From: Malacoraja senta
Lineage: Eukaryota
Reading direction: 5' to 3'
Assembly: GCA_038087875.1 (NCBI GenBank)
Contig: CM075991.1
Coordinates: forward strand, 7,006,001 to 7,070,000
DNA: 64,000 nucleotides
A model generated the notes under the pieces. That model was not told the DNA's origin. It worked only from the letters and a program-made list of their open reading frames with translations, and ran no database searches. The position numbers and the translations under genes are program-made. Below are positions 12,527 to 23,633 of this stretch, in pieces; the stretch's first letter is position 1, and every line of letters begins with the position of its first letter.

Positions 12527-13090
12527 TAGGTTTATTATTACATGTACAGAGGTACAGCGGAAAGCTTTCTTGTTGTGTGCTATTCGGTCAGCGAAAAGAC
12601 AATACATTATTACAATCAAGCCATCCATAGTGTACAGATACAGGATAAAGGGAATAATGTTAAAAGCTGAGAAATTATGAGTTTGATTAAGATGAGGCTT
12701 TGATTACATTGGTCCATGAAATAAATTAAATTGCATAGTTCTTCATTAGTTGTGGGCATTGCACTAAAAAGTGCGTTTAAAACAAAATGCAAATTTTTAC
12801 ACGTTTCATAGTATCAAGTTTTCAACTTGCTGGAATTTCATTGTTAAGCTGCATAAACCTTGGAAGTGGAACAGTTAACAGGATAAAGGAAAATTACATT
12901 CTGTTATCTTCAAGGAAGTATTAATCTATTTACTTAAAACTGAATATCACCTCTACTGCAGTGGAGGAAAAATATTATTCCTGCAAGAGTGAAGGCGAAT
13001 ATTCTCAATGATTATTTCAGGGCTTTGTTGATTAATACGAGGTTTCAGCAACATTAGAGATTTTATTATAATATAACTATAATTTGTGTG

Positions 13091-13397
13091 CGGCATGGTG
13101 GCGCAGCGGTAGAGTTGTTGCCTTACAGCGCAAGAGACCCGGGTTCGATCCTGACTACGGGTGTTGTCCGTACGGAGTTTGCACGATCTCCTCGTGACGG
13201 TGTGGGTTTTCTCCGGGTGCTCCGGTTTCCTCTCGCACTCCAAAGATGTATAGGTTTGTAGATCAATTGGCTCGGTAAAAATTGTACATTTTTCCTAGTG
13301 TGTTGGATAGTGTAATGCATGGGGTGATCGCTGGTCGACGTGGATTCAGTGGGCTGAAGTCCTGTTTCCGGGCTGTATCTCTGAACTAAACTAAAAC
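13091..13397 (+). mobile_element. tRNA-derived V-domain SINE (HE1-like)
   Basis: A box TGGCGCAGCGG, B box GGTTCGATCC, V-domain GGGTTTTCTCCGGGTGCTCCGGTTTCCTC, CR1-like tail and (CTAAA)n. About 20 copies in the window, e.g. ~2310-2590, 17780-18070, 23635-23840, 32225-32450, 35381-35670, 36051-36346, 37384-37690, 39052-39330, 48345-48590, 55442-55890 and 63355-63650. Confidence 0.9.
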
Positions 13398-13946
13398 AAT
13401 GAGAATATAACACAAATCTGCAATAATTTGATCCAAATCGCATTGTGACCAACATTAAAACTGGTGAGACAAAAGTGCTGGAGAAACTCAGCGGGTGCAG
13501 CAGCATCAATGGAGCGAAGGAAATAGGCAACGTTTTGGACCGAAACCCTTCTTCAGACTGGTGAGCACAGAATTAAGAAACTATCAAACTCATTCAATTA
13601 GTGTTCTCAAGTATGTTATGGCGAGTGATATTTATGAGTTAATCTGGGACATAGGGGCGATGCTTAATCTCTTCCCTGAAGTGGGATTCTTGTGGCATCT
13701 GGTGGGTTCCTTCATCTGTGGGAATAAAAAGTAAGGAAAAGTTTCAGGGTTCACTTTGATTAAGCCAGCACGAAACAAAGGCGTTTTCCTTCTTTATTTG
13801 AAAAAGAGTTGCATCTGTGATGTCTGAAGTGTGATGGAATTACAACAGATGCTATGCTTTTCTGTTCGTATAATAGACAGGAATTTGGTCCGTTCTACTC
13901 CAGTGAAGTGCAGTAGACCTACAGAGTGGATCTTGTTTTATCCTAA

Positions 13947-14144
13947 AGTGTAGGACGGAACTGCAGATGCTGGTTTAAACCGAAGATGGACACACAAAGC
14001 TGGAGTAACTCAGCGGGACAGGAGAGAAGGAATGGGTGATGTTTCGGGTCGAGACCCTTCTTCAGACGTCAGACCCATTCCTTCCCTCCAGAGTTGCTAC
14101 CTATCCCGCTGAGTTACTCCAGCTTTTTGTGTCTATCTTTGGTC
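13947..14144. mobile_element. Penelope-derived fold-back insertion
   Basis: Inverted arms flanked by TATCCTAA at 13939-13946 and 14145-14152. Confidence 0.75.
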
Positions 14145-15283
14145 TATCCTAATGCAATGTGTGCCACTTCAGACTTTTCTACCTTGTATATTTAATTAAT
14201 TTCAATCGCTGATCTGATACAATTGTGCTGAGATATACACTAACAGCTTTGCATTCAAGAACTGTGGTGTGACATTGCCAGCCCCAGCATTATCTGCCCT
14301 ACAATCATCACTTCAGATTCCTTTCCCTGAACACTCACAGTATCTGGACTGGCTAGACCATTGCATAGAGGGAGATTGTGAAACCAACAATGCATTGCTG
14401 AGGAGGCAATGGTTGGCTATTAACTGTATTAAAGATAGGTGAGTTAAAGGCTGATTGGAAATTTACCAGACATATTTGAAATGTAATAGGAATGTAATTA
14501 GCCAGAATTGCTGTCTCTTTGCCAGAATTTATTTGTATCCTGCATTCTAACTTTGCATTTGGTAGCAAGGCTGTTAAATTACTGGATGAGCGGTCTGGAG
14601 ACTTGATGAAAGATAGAGCTCAAATCCCCAAAATGGCAATTGTAGAATTCAAATATGGCTTTTTAAATCACTGATTTAATTAATTAATATCAGTAATAGC
14701 AGCTGTGAAACTACCAGATATAGTAAAAATCCATTTGATATTGCAGGTCTTTCCAATCAACCACCTCTAAGTTCATAAGCTACAAGAGCAGAATTAGGCC
14801 ATTCAGCCCATCAAGTCTGTTCTGAGTTTTTTGTTTCACAGAATGACCACTTGGTGGGTGGAGCAAGTGGTGTTTTTCAAAATGTTTTGCTTAGTTTAGT
14901 TTAGAGATACAGCGAGGGAACGCCATCTGTGTGACCAGTGATCACCCCTATACTTGGTACAATTCACAGTGTGCTGGATGGAATCACTGCGGTAGTTCTA
15001 TTTATCCTGTGACAGTGTGGGGTTGCCCTGAGCACCTGGAGGAAAGCCACACTGCCACAGGGAGCACCCAAGGTCAAGATCAAATCTGGTCTCTAAGGTA
15101 GCACCTCCACTGTGTTCTTGACTGTTTATTGCGTATTGGCTGTTTTTCCAATCGTACTGTACATTTTGATCCCCGTATTCGGTTATAGTGGACAATCGGT
15201 AATAACGGACAACATCACCCCCTGTGGAGGAAGGAACTGAAGATGCTGGTTTAAATCGAAGACAGACACAAGTGCTGGAGTAA

Positions 15284-15502
15284 TAGGCCTGTCACCACAA
15301 CCATGTAAACAGGAGTCACCACGACCATACAGGCGACATGTCGCGGGGTGACACATGTATGGTCGTGATAGTCGCCCAAAGAGCCGTACCTTTTTTCTGG
15401 TCGCCACTGGATTTTCAACATGTTGAAAATTTTCGGCGACCTGCTGTAATAATGACGGGTGCCGTCAAGTCGCCGAAAAAATTGGTAAGTGGGACAGGCC
15501 CT
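15284..15502. mobile_element. PIF/Harbinger-type MITE (copy 1)
   Basis: Ends TAGGCCTGTC…GTGGGACAGGCCCT (left end degenerate) with TSD TAA (15281-83/15503-05); splits the host motif GCTGGAG-TAA-CTCAGCGGG. Confidence 0.8.
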
Positions 15503-15546
15503 TAACTCAGCGGGACAGGCAGCATCTTTGTAGAGAAGGAATGGGT

Positions 15547-15574
15547 GACGTTTCGGGTCGAGACCCTTCTTCAG
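15547..15574 (-). ncRNA. Minimal hammerhead ribozyme-like motif, best-preserved copy
   Basis: Minus strand reads GGGT-CTGAAGA-A-GGGTCTCGACCC-GAAAC-GTC-ACCC: 4-bp stem I, perfect stem II and a GUC triplet. Confidence 0.65.
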
Positions 15575-16276
15575 ACCCTGTGTGGCCGTTATAGTGAGGA
15601 TTTATTGTTTTTTAGAAGTGCTTACTTGCATTTCATTTCTATGATGGTGGCAGATTCATTAATCCATGCATTCCTTTCTATGCAATGCTGTCTCTTCCTG
15701 TAAGCTACGCCGGGTGACTGTGGATCGCTCTGTCCTTGGCAACATCACATTTGTCTGCACTCCTCGACATCATAAATAGGTTGGAGATTCTTGCTGGTGT
15801 TGAACCAGCTAGCCTGCAGTGCTGAAGGCGTGCTTTTTCTTGTTTAGCTCTTCCTTCAAAATAAAGAGAATAAATAAAGAAAATGTTTCCGCTGGCAGAA
15901 GATAATTAAAATTAATTAGCAGATGAACATAATTTGTGTAGCAATTTGTTCGGTTGAATGCATTAATTGTGAACGGGTTGATAAGTTTTAAATGGGACTT
16001 GAATCAATAATTGAAGTGGAAAACTTGACAAAAACTACGGAAAAAGACGAGCAGCAGAACTAATGAGATAACTCTGTAAAGCCAGCAGCAGTATGATGGA
16101 CTGATTGGCCTCATTCTGTGCTATGATTTAAAAAATAAACTATTTATTGTGTCAGATGCTGCGGAGAACTGTGCTGAACGATCTCCATTGTTAAACTCTG
16201 TGTGTTTTAGTGTATTCTGGACTCGAGCATCAATGAAAAGATCCCAGTCATGTTGGCTGCCCTTTGTTGAAGTTTG

Positions 16277-16580
16277 AGTTTAGTTTAGTTTTGGAGATAC
16301 AGCATGGAAACGGGCCCTTCGGCCCACCGAGTCTGCCCCGACTCATGATCACCCGAACACAAGTTCTATCCTACAAACTAGGGACAATTTATAAAAGTCA
16401 ATTAACTTACAAACCTGCACGTCTTTGGAGTGTGGGAGGAAACCGGAGCACCCAGTGAAAACCCACGCGGTCACAGAAGGAACATACAAACTCAGTACAG
16501 ACAGCACCCATAGTCAGAATCAAACCGGGGTCTCTGGCGCTGTGAGGTAACAACTCTACCGCTGCGCCACTGTGCCTTCC
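16277..16580 (-). mobile_element. tRNA-derived V-domain SINE (HE1-like)
   Basis: Reverse complement of the 13091-13397 family. Confidence 0.88.
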
Positions 16581-19049
16581 CTGTTTTGTGCACCCTACTC
16601 TGGTTCTGGATTTGCATGCCAGTTGCTTATATCCTGCATTTCTCTACGCCAGACAATATTCTACCTCCTTGAACCTGCTACCAGTTAGACCCTGGTGCAG
16701 GAACAGCAAATCCTTTTCATTTGGTTGAAAAGAATGGTTGCAAAACATTTGGGTTGATATTAGGGCGCAAAGTGCGAGAGGAACCCAGCAGGTCAAACAT
16801 CATGTTTGGAGATCATGGATAGGTGACAATTCGGGGCGGGACCCTTCTTCAGACAATTCACAGTGTACCCTATCTCGTAATTTTATATACAAAGTGTTAC
16901 TTCATCGGTGAAAGTGGGTATCTCACCAGAGATGTTAAATTTTGTCTCTTAGGGAGAGCTGGTGATTTACAATTTAACAGAATAAACTCTTGTGGATTTG
17001 CTATCATTTAACGATGCCTGCTGATGAGCTTGAGAAATCCACTCATGAGTTACAACAACAGTGTTAGTTTTTTTGCAGTGCCTCCTATCACTGGGAATAT
17101 ACCAGTAAAACTTTCCAATACAGTCATCGAGTGATACAGCGTGGAGACGGGCCCTTTGGCCCAATTTGCCCACACCGCCGAACATGTCCCAGCCAAACTC
17201 GTCCCACCTGCCCAAAATATATGACATCTTAATGAATTACCAGGAGTGGGATTTGAACCCTGGTTCATTCATTGTATCTAAAGTCCGACATCTTCACCAC
17301 TCGACCATTTAGAAAGATCTTGATAGCATTGTGGACAATTTAGGTATTCTGAATGTGAATAAACAGAAGAAAGTTTAAAAAAAATTTGGATATGTGAAAT
17401 ACAAATGAAGTGTTGGAAATACTCTTTAGATCAGGCAGCGTCTGTGGAAAATTTGAAAGATTAACCCTTTTTCTTTCCACAGATGCTGTCTGATGTGCTG
17501 TTTACAATATCTTTTTTTTTTTTAAGTAATGAATTAAGCAGAGTAACATTTTCAAGTTGGGTTGAAGTCGGGTTGTTTTTGAATGAATCCCAGACATTTC
17601 TTGCTTGCTATATTATACTTGGATTATATTAATCTTGGATCTTGAGTTGGTACTTAAATATGATTGTGTCAATGTACAGTAAGATTTTTTTATTGAATTG
17701 GGGGAAAAAAAAGGGACTGTATCTGTGGCAATAAAGTACCATTGAACCATCAATGACACAAGTTTGAGATATAATCTTTAGACTTTAGAGATACAGTGCA
17801 GAAACAGGCTCTTCAGAGCATCTGTGCTGACCAGTGATCATTCTGTATACCAGCACTATCCTACGCACTAGAGACAATTTACAATTTTTACCAAATCCAA
17901 TTAACCTACAAACCTGCACATCTTTGCAGTGTGGGAAGAAACCAGAGCATCCGGAGAAAACCCACTAGGTCACAGGGAAAACGTGCAAACTCTGTACAGT
18001 CGAACCCGGGTCTCTGGCGCTGTGGCAGCAACTCTACCGATGTGCCACTGTACCACCCCTGTGCCACTGTTCTTCCGGATTTCTCATCCGTTAAACTGCT
18101 GACCCTTACCCCCCCCCCCATGTTTTCTTCACCACCTGCAGATTGGTTACACACTTTTCTCTGGTTACCCAAATTCTTCCTTTGTGTTACACTCAGTAAA
18201 TATGAATTTCTCTCTCAAATCTTCTGTCTTATTCAATGTCCTCTTTCACTTTGCCTCTTTGTGGCACTCGGTAGAGTGGAGAGAGAGCTGTGCGATAGAT
18301 ATTGCCACCTTTTGGCCATGCAGACATACTGCAGCTGTGGAAAACAAAAATCAATGGTTAGCTGACTGATTCAAGTAAAACAAATTGAAGTCATTGTCAG
18401 AACATTTTAGTTTTCACATGATTGTATTCAAGTAACTTTAGTCAGCATGCAAACTGCTGTCATGCAAACTGCAGCCACTCTGACAGTGCATGCATGTGGC
18501 CATTACATTGTCCCTTACAAACAGAAACGGGGGATTTTATATTGCAGATGAAGAAATGGCAGAAATTAAGAAATTAAACCGGTGCATTCCATTTGCCTTC
18601 GTGGAAGAGACAAATATTTCCCGAAAATACTAGAAAACAAGGATCTGATGCAATGAAGGAAGTAAAAGAAATGAGTAGAAATAAATATCTGCCGATGTTG
18701 TTTTTTACCAAAGATAGACACAAAGTGCTGGAGCAACATAGCGGGTCAGGCAGCATCTCTGGAGAAAAATGATAGGTGATGTTTCGGGTTGAGCCTCCAG
18801 CCCTTTATTCCTCCCCCCACCCTCCTCCTCCCCGCCCCTCCCACCCCTTACTGTCAGTCTGAAGAAGGGTCCCAACCTGAAACGTCACCCATCCATTTTC
18901 TCCAGAGATGCTACCCCTGACCCGCTGAGTTACTCCTGCACTTTGTGTCTATAAAATGAATTAGTATTTGTTTAATCAAAGTACATAAAACTAAAGGCCC
19001 AGAAGATAAACAGTGACAAGTTCTGAAAAATATTTGTCAATGGCAAAGA

Positions 19050-19350
19050 TAAATTTTATTCAGAATTAAAACAAAAACAAATACAGAACAAAATCTGTGT
19101 TATATCTCTTCATATATTCTCATATATACATGCAATAGTGTCATACCCTGTAGTATCCATACCTATCTTTAAACAAAACACCTTTGCCACTCATGTGGCC
19201 CCCCTGGGGTGATTCCATTCCCTTGTTTGAGGGATGTTCTCTTGGGACTCTGCCCCTTAATGTAAAGTAGTCGAGGGATGCCAGACAGTTGTCCTCCCCC
19301 CACAGAGCCTTGGCATTGGCTGCATCGAGCTTCAGTCCATCTCTCAGTCC
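19050..19350 (-). mobile_element. Tx1-like LINE 3' fragment
   Basis: Encodes LRDGLKLDAANAKALWG, matching the C-terminus LRDALKLGAANAKARWG of the element at 46044-47747. Confidence 0.75.
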
Positions 19351-19493
19351 TGTCCTCTTAACATTGGTAGCTCGAAAAATGCCAGAATCTATAATTGAAT
19401 TTGTGCTGCCAAAACACTTAAAGTAAAAATGTGATGAACAGAATCGACTTGAATGTATGAAAAGGAAATCATGCTTTGAAATTGGACAAGGCT

Positions 19494-20086
19494 GTGTTTC
19501 AAAAGAAACTAATGGACTATGGGTTAATAACTGGAAAAAAGCTAATTCTAAAATTTTGGAAGAAGGCTCCAATACCAACTATAAATATGTGGATTTCAAA
19601 TATGTTTGAAACATTACACCTTGAAGAGATAAGACTCCTCCTAGCAGGTACACCAGATCATTTCCACCTGACGTGGTCTGCATTTATAGAATTATTACAA
19701 AAATAGGGTGCAAAAGTACTTTAAAAAGGGGGGGATGATAGTTGAAGAGTTGGTATGTCCCATTTACGTAATGCTCAAAAAAATATTTGTTTCTCTCTTT
19801 TTCCTCTTTCTCTTTCTCTTTCTTTTCTAGGGCCTATTTCTTAACTCTTTTTCTTTTGTTTTTAATTTTGCTCTTATAGGGTCTTTGTCCTTTTTTGTTG
19901 TCACATTTTCTACACTTTCACTTTTTCCTTCACTTTCTTCTTTCTTTCAATCTTTTCCTTTTCTAGTGTAAAAAATAAATGGAGTACGTTAATTGTAAGA
20001 AGATATAAATGACGAGTACTAATGTATGCGGTTGTAATGTAATGTACTTCTAATAAATAAAAATTAAAAAAATAAATAAAAAAAAA
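19494..20086 (+). mobile_element. 5'-truncated L1-clade LINE (ORF2 C-terminus, 3'UTR, poly-A)
   Basis: GKKLILKFWKKAPIPTINMW…FHLTWSAFI*; AATAAA plus A-rich tail; 16-bp TSD GAAATTGGACAAGGCT at 19478-19493 and 20087-20102. Confidence 0.88.
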
Positions 20087-20629
20087 GAAATTGGACAAGG
20101 CTCTTGTTGATTGTAGACTTTCAAATCTTGATCAATAAAACAGCCAGAGTAAAAATTGAACGATGAGTTGTTTTAATTTTGAAATCTGATTTTTCATTTG
20201 CTGTCACTTCCTCTCCCTCTCCCCTTTCATCTTTTCTGCGATCAGAACTATACATAATGCTCTGTCTTATGTGCCCTATATGGTGCCTCACCCTGCTCTT
20301 ATTTTCATAGCCTCAGTTGATAAAGTGTCCTCCTCTACCTATCAGCTACCGTCTCCTGTCTCGCCACTACCATCCTCCTCCTCTGAAGAAGGGTCCTGAC
20401 CCGAAACATCACCTGCCCATGTTCTCCAAGGATGCTCCCTGACCCGTTGAGTTACTCAAGCACTTTGTGTCATTCCTTGGTTAACCAGCATTGGCAATTT
20501 CTTGTTTCTACCTCTCTCCTCTAGAGATTGCTATCTTCCCTCTCCACTCCTAGTCCTGATGTAGGGTCTCAACCCGAAACATCAACAATTATCTCCCCCC
20601 CTCCCCGCACAGATGCTGTTCAACCTGTT

Positions 20630-21365
20630 AAGCACCTCATATTTTGCTTGGGCAGCTTACAACCCAACGGTATGAACATTGATTTTTCTCATTTCAAGTA
20701 ATTCCTGCATTCCCTCCCCTCCTCTTTCTCCCTCTTCTCCCACTCTAGTCGTCCTACCAGTTCCACTGATCACATCCTTGTATCCTTTTAATTATCACAC
20801 CTTCCCCAGCCAACAATGGCCTCCACCCTTCCTGAGGTCATCTGTTGCCAGCCCTGCTTTGTTCTGGCCTTATAGAAACATAGAAACATAGAAAATAGGT
20901 GCAGGAGTAGGCCATTCGGCCCTTCGAGCGTGCACCGCCATTCAATATGTTCATGGCTGATCATCCAACTCAGTATCCTGTACCTGCTTTCTCTCCATAC
21001 CCCCTGATCCCTTTAGCCACAAGGGCCACATCTAACCCCCTCTTAAATATAGCCAATGAACTGGCCTCAACTACATTCTGTGGCAGAGAATTCCAGAGAT
21101 TCACCACTCTCTGTGTAAAAAATGTTTTTCTCATCTCAATCCTAAAAGACTTTCCCCTTATCCTTAAATCCTTGTGTCACCTCAAGTTTATCCCCCCCTG
21201 CATCGACATCTAATTTCAGTCTGAAGAAGGGTTCCGACCTGCAACTTCACATATTCTTTTTCTCCATAGATGCTGCCTGACACACTGGGTTACTCCAGCA
21301 TTTTGTGTCTGCCTTGAGTTCTGTCATCCCTTGCTTTTGTTCCAGATCCCAGCATCTGCACTCCC
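20630..21365 (+). mobile_element. Penelope-like element 3' part interrupted by a CR1 3' end (20872-21165, minus)
   Basis: HLIFCLGSLQPNGMNID (C-terminal motif of the GIY-YIG endonuclease) followed by pLTR sequence; the CR1 tail (ATAGAAAC)n lies at 20872-20896. Confidence 0.75.
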
Positions 21366-22317
21366 ATGTGTTTCCATCCTTTATGCCACATTCGTTATGT
21401 CGAGTGCTGTGAATTAATAACCATCCCTCCACATTTCTCAATTGTGTCTTCTCCATCTATTACATTATGCACCTGGCATGCTTTAGCACACATCCAGAGA
21501 ACTGATTGCTTGGATTCTATATTTAATTTGTCTCAAGTATAATCGTGTCAGGGCTCACTGAAAGACATTGGTCCACCAGTGAGGGTTTGATGGCAAATTG
21601 GCAATATTCGTGGTCACTTTCATACGTGTTTGTGTCGGTGAAAATTGTATCCTTACTCCCAAGCACGGGGCAATTGGTAATACTTTGCTTCTGGCTTCAC
21701 TTTCCGTGTGAAGCAAGGAGCAGCCGAGTAATCCTCAACATCTGTTCATGTGTGCCAGCGGTATTTCCCTTAAACACGGATAATGCACATATTAATTATA
21801 ATTCTCCCACATCAGGGGTTGAAGTTAAATTAACAGCTTTGAGAAGCAGTGCTGAAACATTACACATTGACAGATTCACTGGAGAACAGGTTCAGTCCTT
21901 GCACAATGCTGTTTTCTAATTAATTTTTACAGCATTAATTCATGTTGGAAGTGTGCTGCTTCATTTGTAGTTCTGCAAATGAGGTGCAGTCTCGTATTCC
22001 AAGGTGACTATACATCCTTTATCATTTAGTCCATCTCAGTAATAGCCTCTCAAGTGCAATAATGGGGGTCTCGGAACAGCTCGCGCACAATTAAAGCTAG
22101 ATAGGGATTTTAATTTATCTCTTCCCACCGCGCATCGTCTTAAATCTTCAGTCTTGCAAATGAGGTGTCCAATTGTCAGCTCGTTCGTTTTCTTTTTATT
22201 TTATTCCTGGGGTCCGGTCAAGGGCAACATTTCTTAGCTGACGTTCAATAAAGGGAATTTGAGTTAGCCAGATGAGATTTTAAACTAAAATTGAATGTTC
22301 ATATCTTTTTTTTGTAG

Positions 22318-22447
22318 GTGCTGGTTTCAAATACTGACAATACCATGGTGAGCCAGAGTGAAGATGAATGGGCATTTCAATTGTCGAACACATTTGGTGA
22401 CTCTCCTGCTGTTTGTGATTAGGATGGACTCTGCACATCATTTTGAG
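22318..22447 (+). CDS. Candidate host-gene exon; CDS 22364-22447 encodes signal-peptide-like MNGHFNCRTHLVTLLLFVIRMDSAHHFE
   Basis: Acceptor TATCTTTTTTTTGTAG|G and donor GAG|GTAACT in unique sequence; n/h/c-region pattern; out-of-frame upstream ATG at 22345. No partner exon was found in the window. Confidence 0.4.
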
Positions 22448-22914
22448 GTAACTAACCATCACTTACTGCAATTTTCTGGAGATATCACCCTGTTCTCTTT
22501 TGATAGAGGTTGCTGAGGTTTGCACTTCCACACATTGTATGGACAGTTTGGGAATAAATTGTCTTGGTCATAGAGTCAAACAGCATGGAAACAGGTCCTT
22601 CAGCCCAACTCGCCCATACTGACTAAGATGCCCCTTCTAAGCTCATCCTATTTCCCACATTTGGTCCATATCCCTCTAAACCTTTCCAATCTATGGAGCT
22701 GTCCAAGTATCTTTTAAATGAAGATAGACACACAATGCTGGAGTAACTCAGCTGGTCAGGCAGTATCTCTGGAGAAAAGGAATAGGTGATGTTTTGGGTC
22801 AGAACCCTTCTTTAAATGATATTATTGGTAGCTCTTTCCATGTATCTACAACCCTCTGAGTGAAAAGGTTGCCTCTCAGGTTCCCATTAAATTTTCCCCT
22901 CTGGCCTTAAACCA

Positions 22915-23633
22915 GTATTGTCTCCACTATTGTTCCCATACCCAAAAAGCCAAGGATTACTGGTCTTAATGACTACAGGCCTGTCGTACTGACCCTTGAA
23001 AGACTTGTGCTGGCCAAGCTGAAAAATATCACATGCCCCCTGCTGGACCCCCTGCAGTTTGCATACCGGGCAAATAGATCAGTGGACAATGCAGTGAACC
23101 TAGGCCTGCACTTCATCCTCCAGCACCTAGACTGCCAGAGGACCTATGCAAGGATTTTGTTTGTGGATTTTAGCTCTGCATTCAACACCATTGTGCCAGA
23201 ACTACTACACTCCAAACTCTCCCAGTTGACTGTGCCTGAACCCCTCTGTCGGTGGATCCCCATCTTCCTGACAGACAGGAAGCAGCATGTGAGGCTTGGA
23301 AAGCAAATCTCGGACCCGCAGACCCTCAGCATAGAAGCACCGCAAGGCTGCGTACTGTCCCCTCTCCTTTACTCTCTACACCAACGACTGCACCTCCACA
23401 GACTCCTCTGTCAGGCTTCTCAAATTTGCGGATGACACAACCCTGAATGGACTGATCCAGGATGGGGAGGAATCTACCTACAGACAGGAAATGACACAGC
23501 TGGCATCCTGGTGTCATTGCAACAACCTGGAGCTCAATGCTATTAAGACGGTGGAATTGATTGTAGACTTTAGGAGAGCTCTCACCCCACTCACCATCAA
23601 CAACACCGCAGTCACATCTGTGGAGTCATTCAA
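22915..23633 (+). pseudogene. Rex1/Babar-like LINE reverse transcriptase fragment
   Basis: NDYRPV, LDPLQFAYRANRSVD, ARILFVDFSSAFNTI, PQGCVLSPLLY and KFADDT motifs with a frameshift. Confidence 0.85.

Noticed and set aside
13091-13170. tRNA genes at SINE heads
   Set aside because: A/B boxes are present, but each continues into the V-domain and CR1 tail, and there is no clean cloverleaf.
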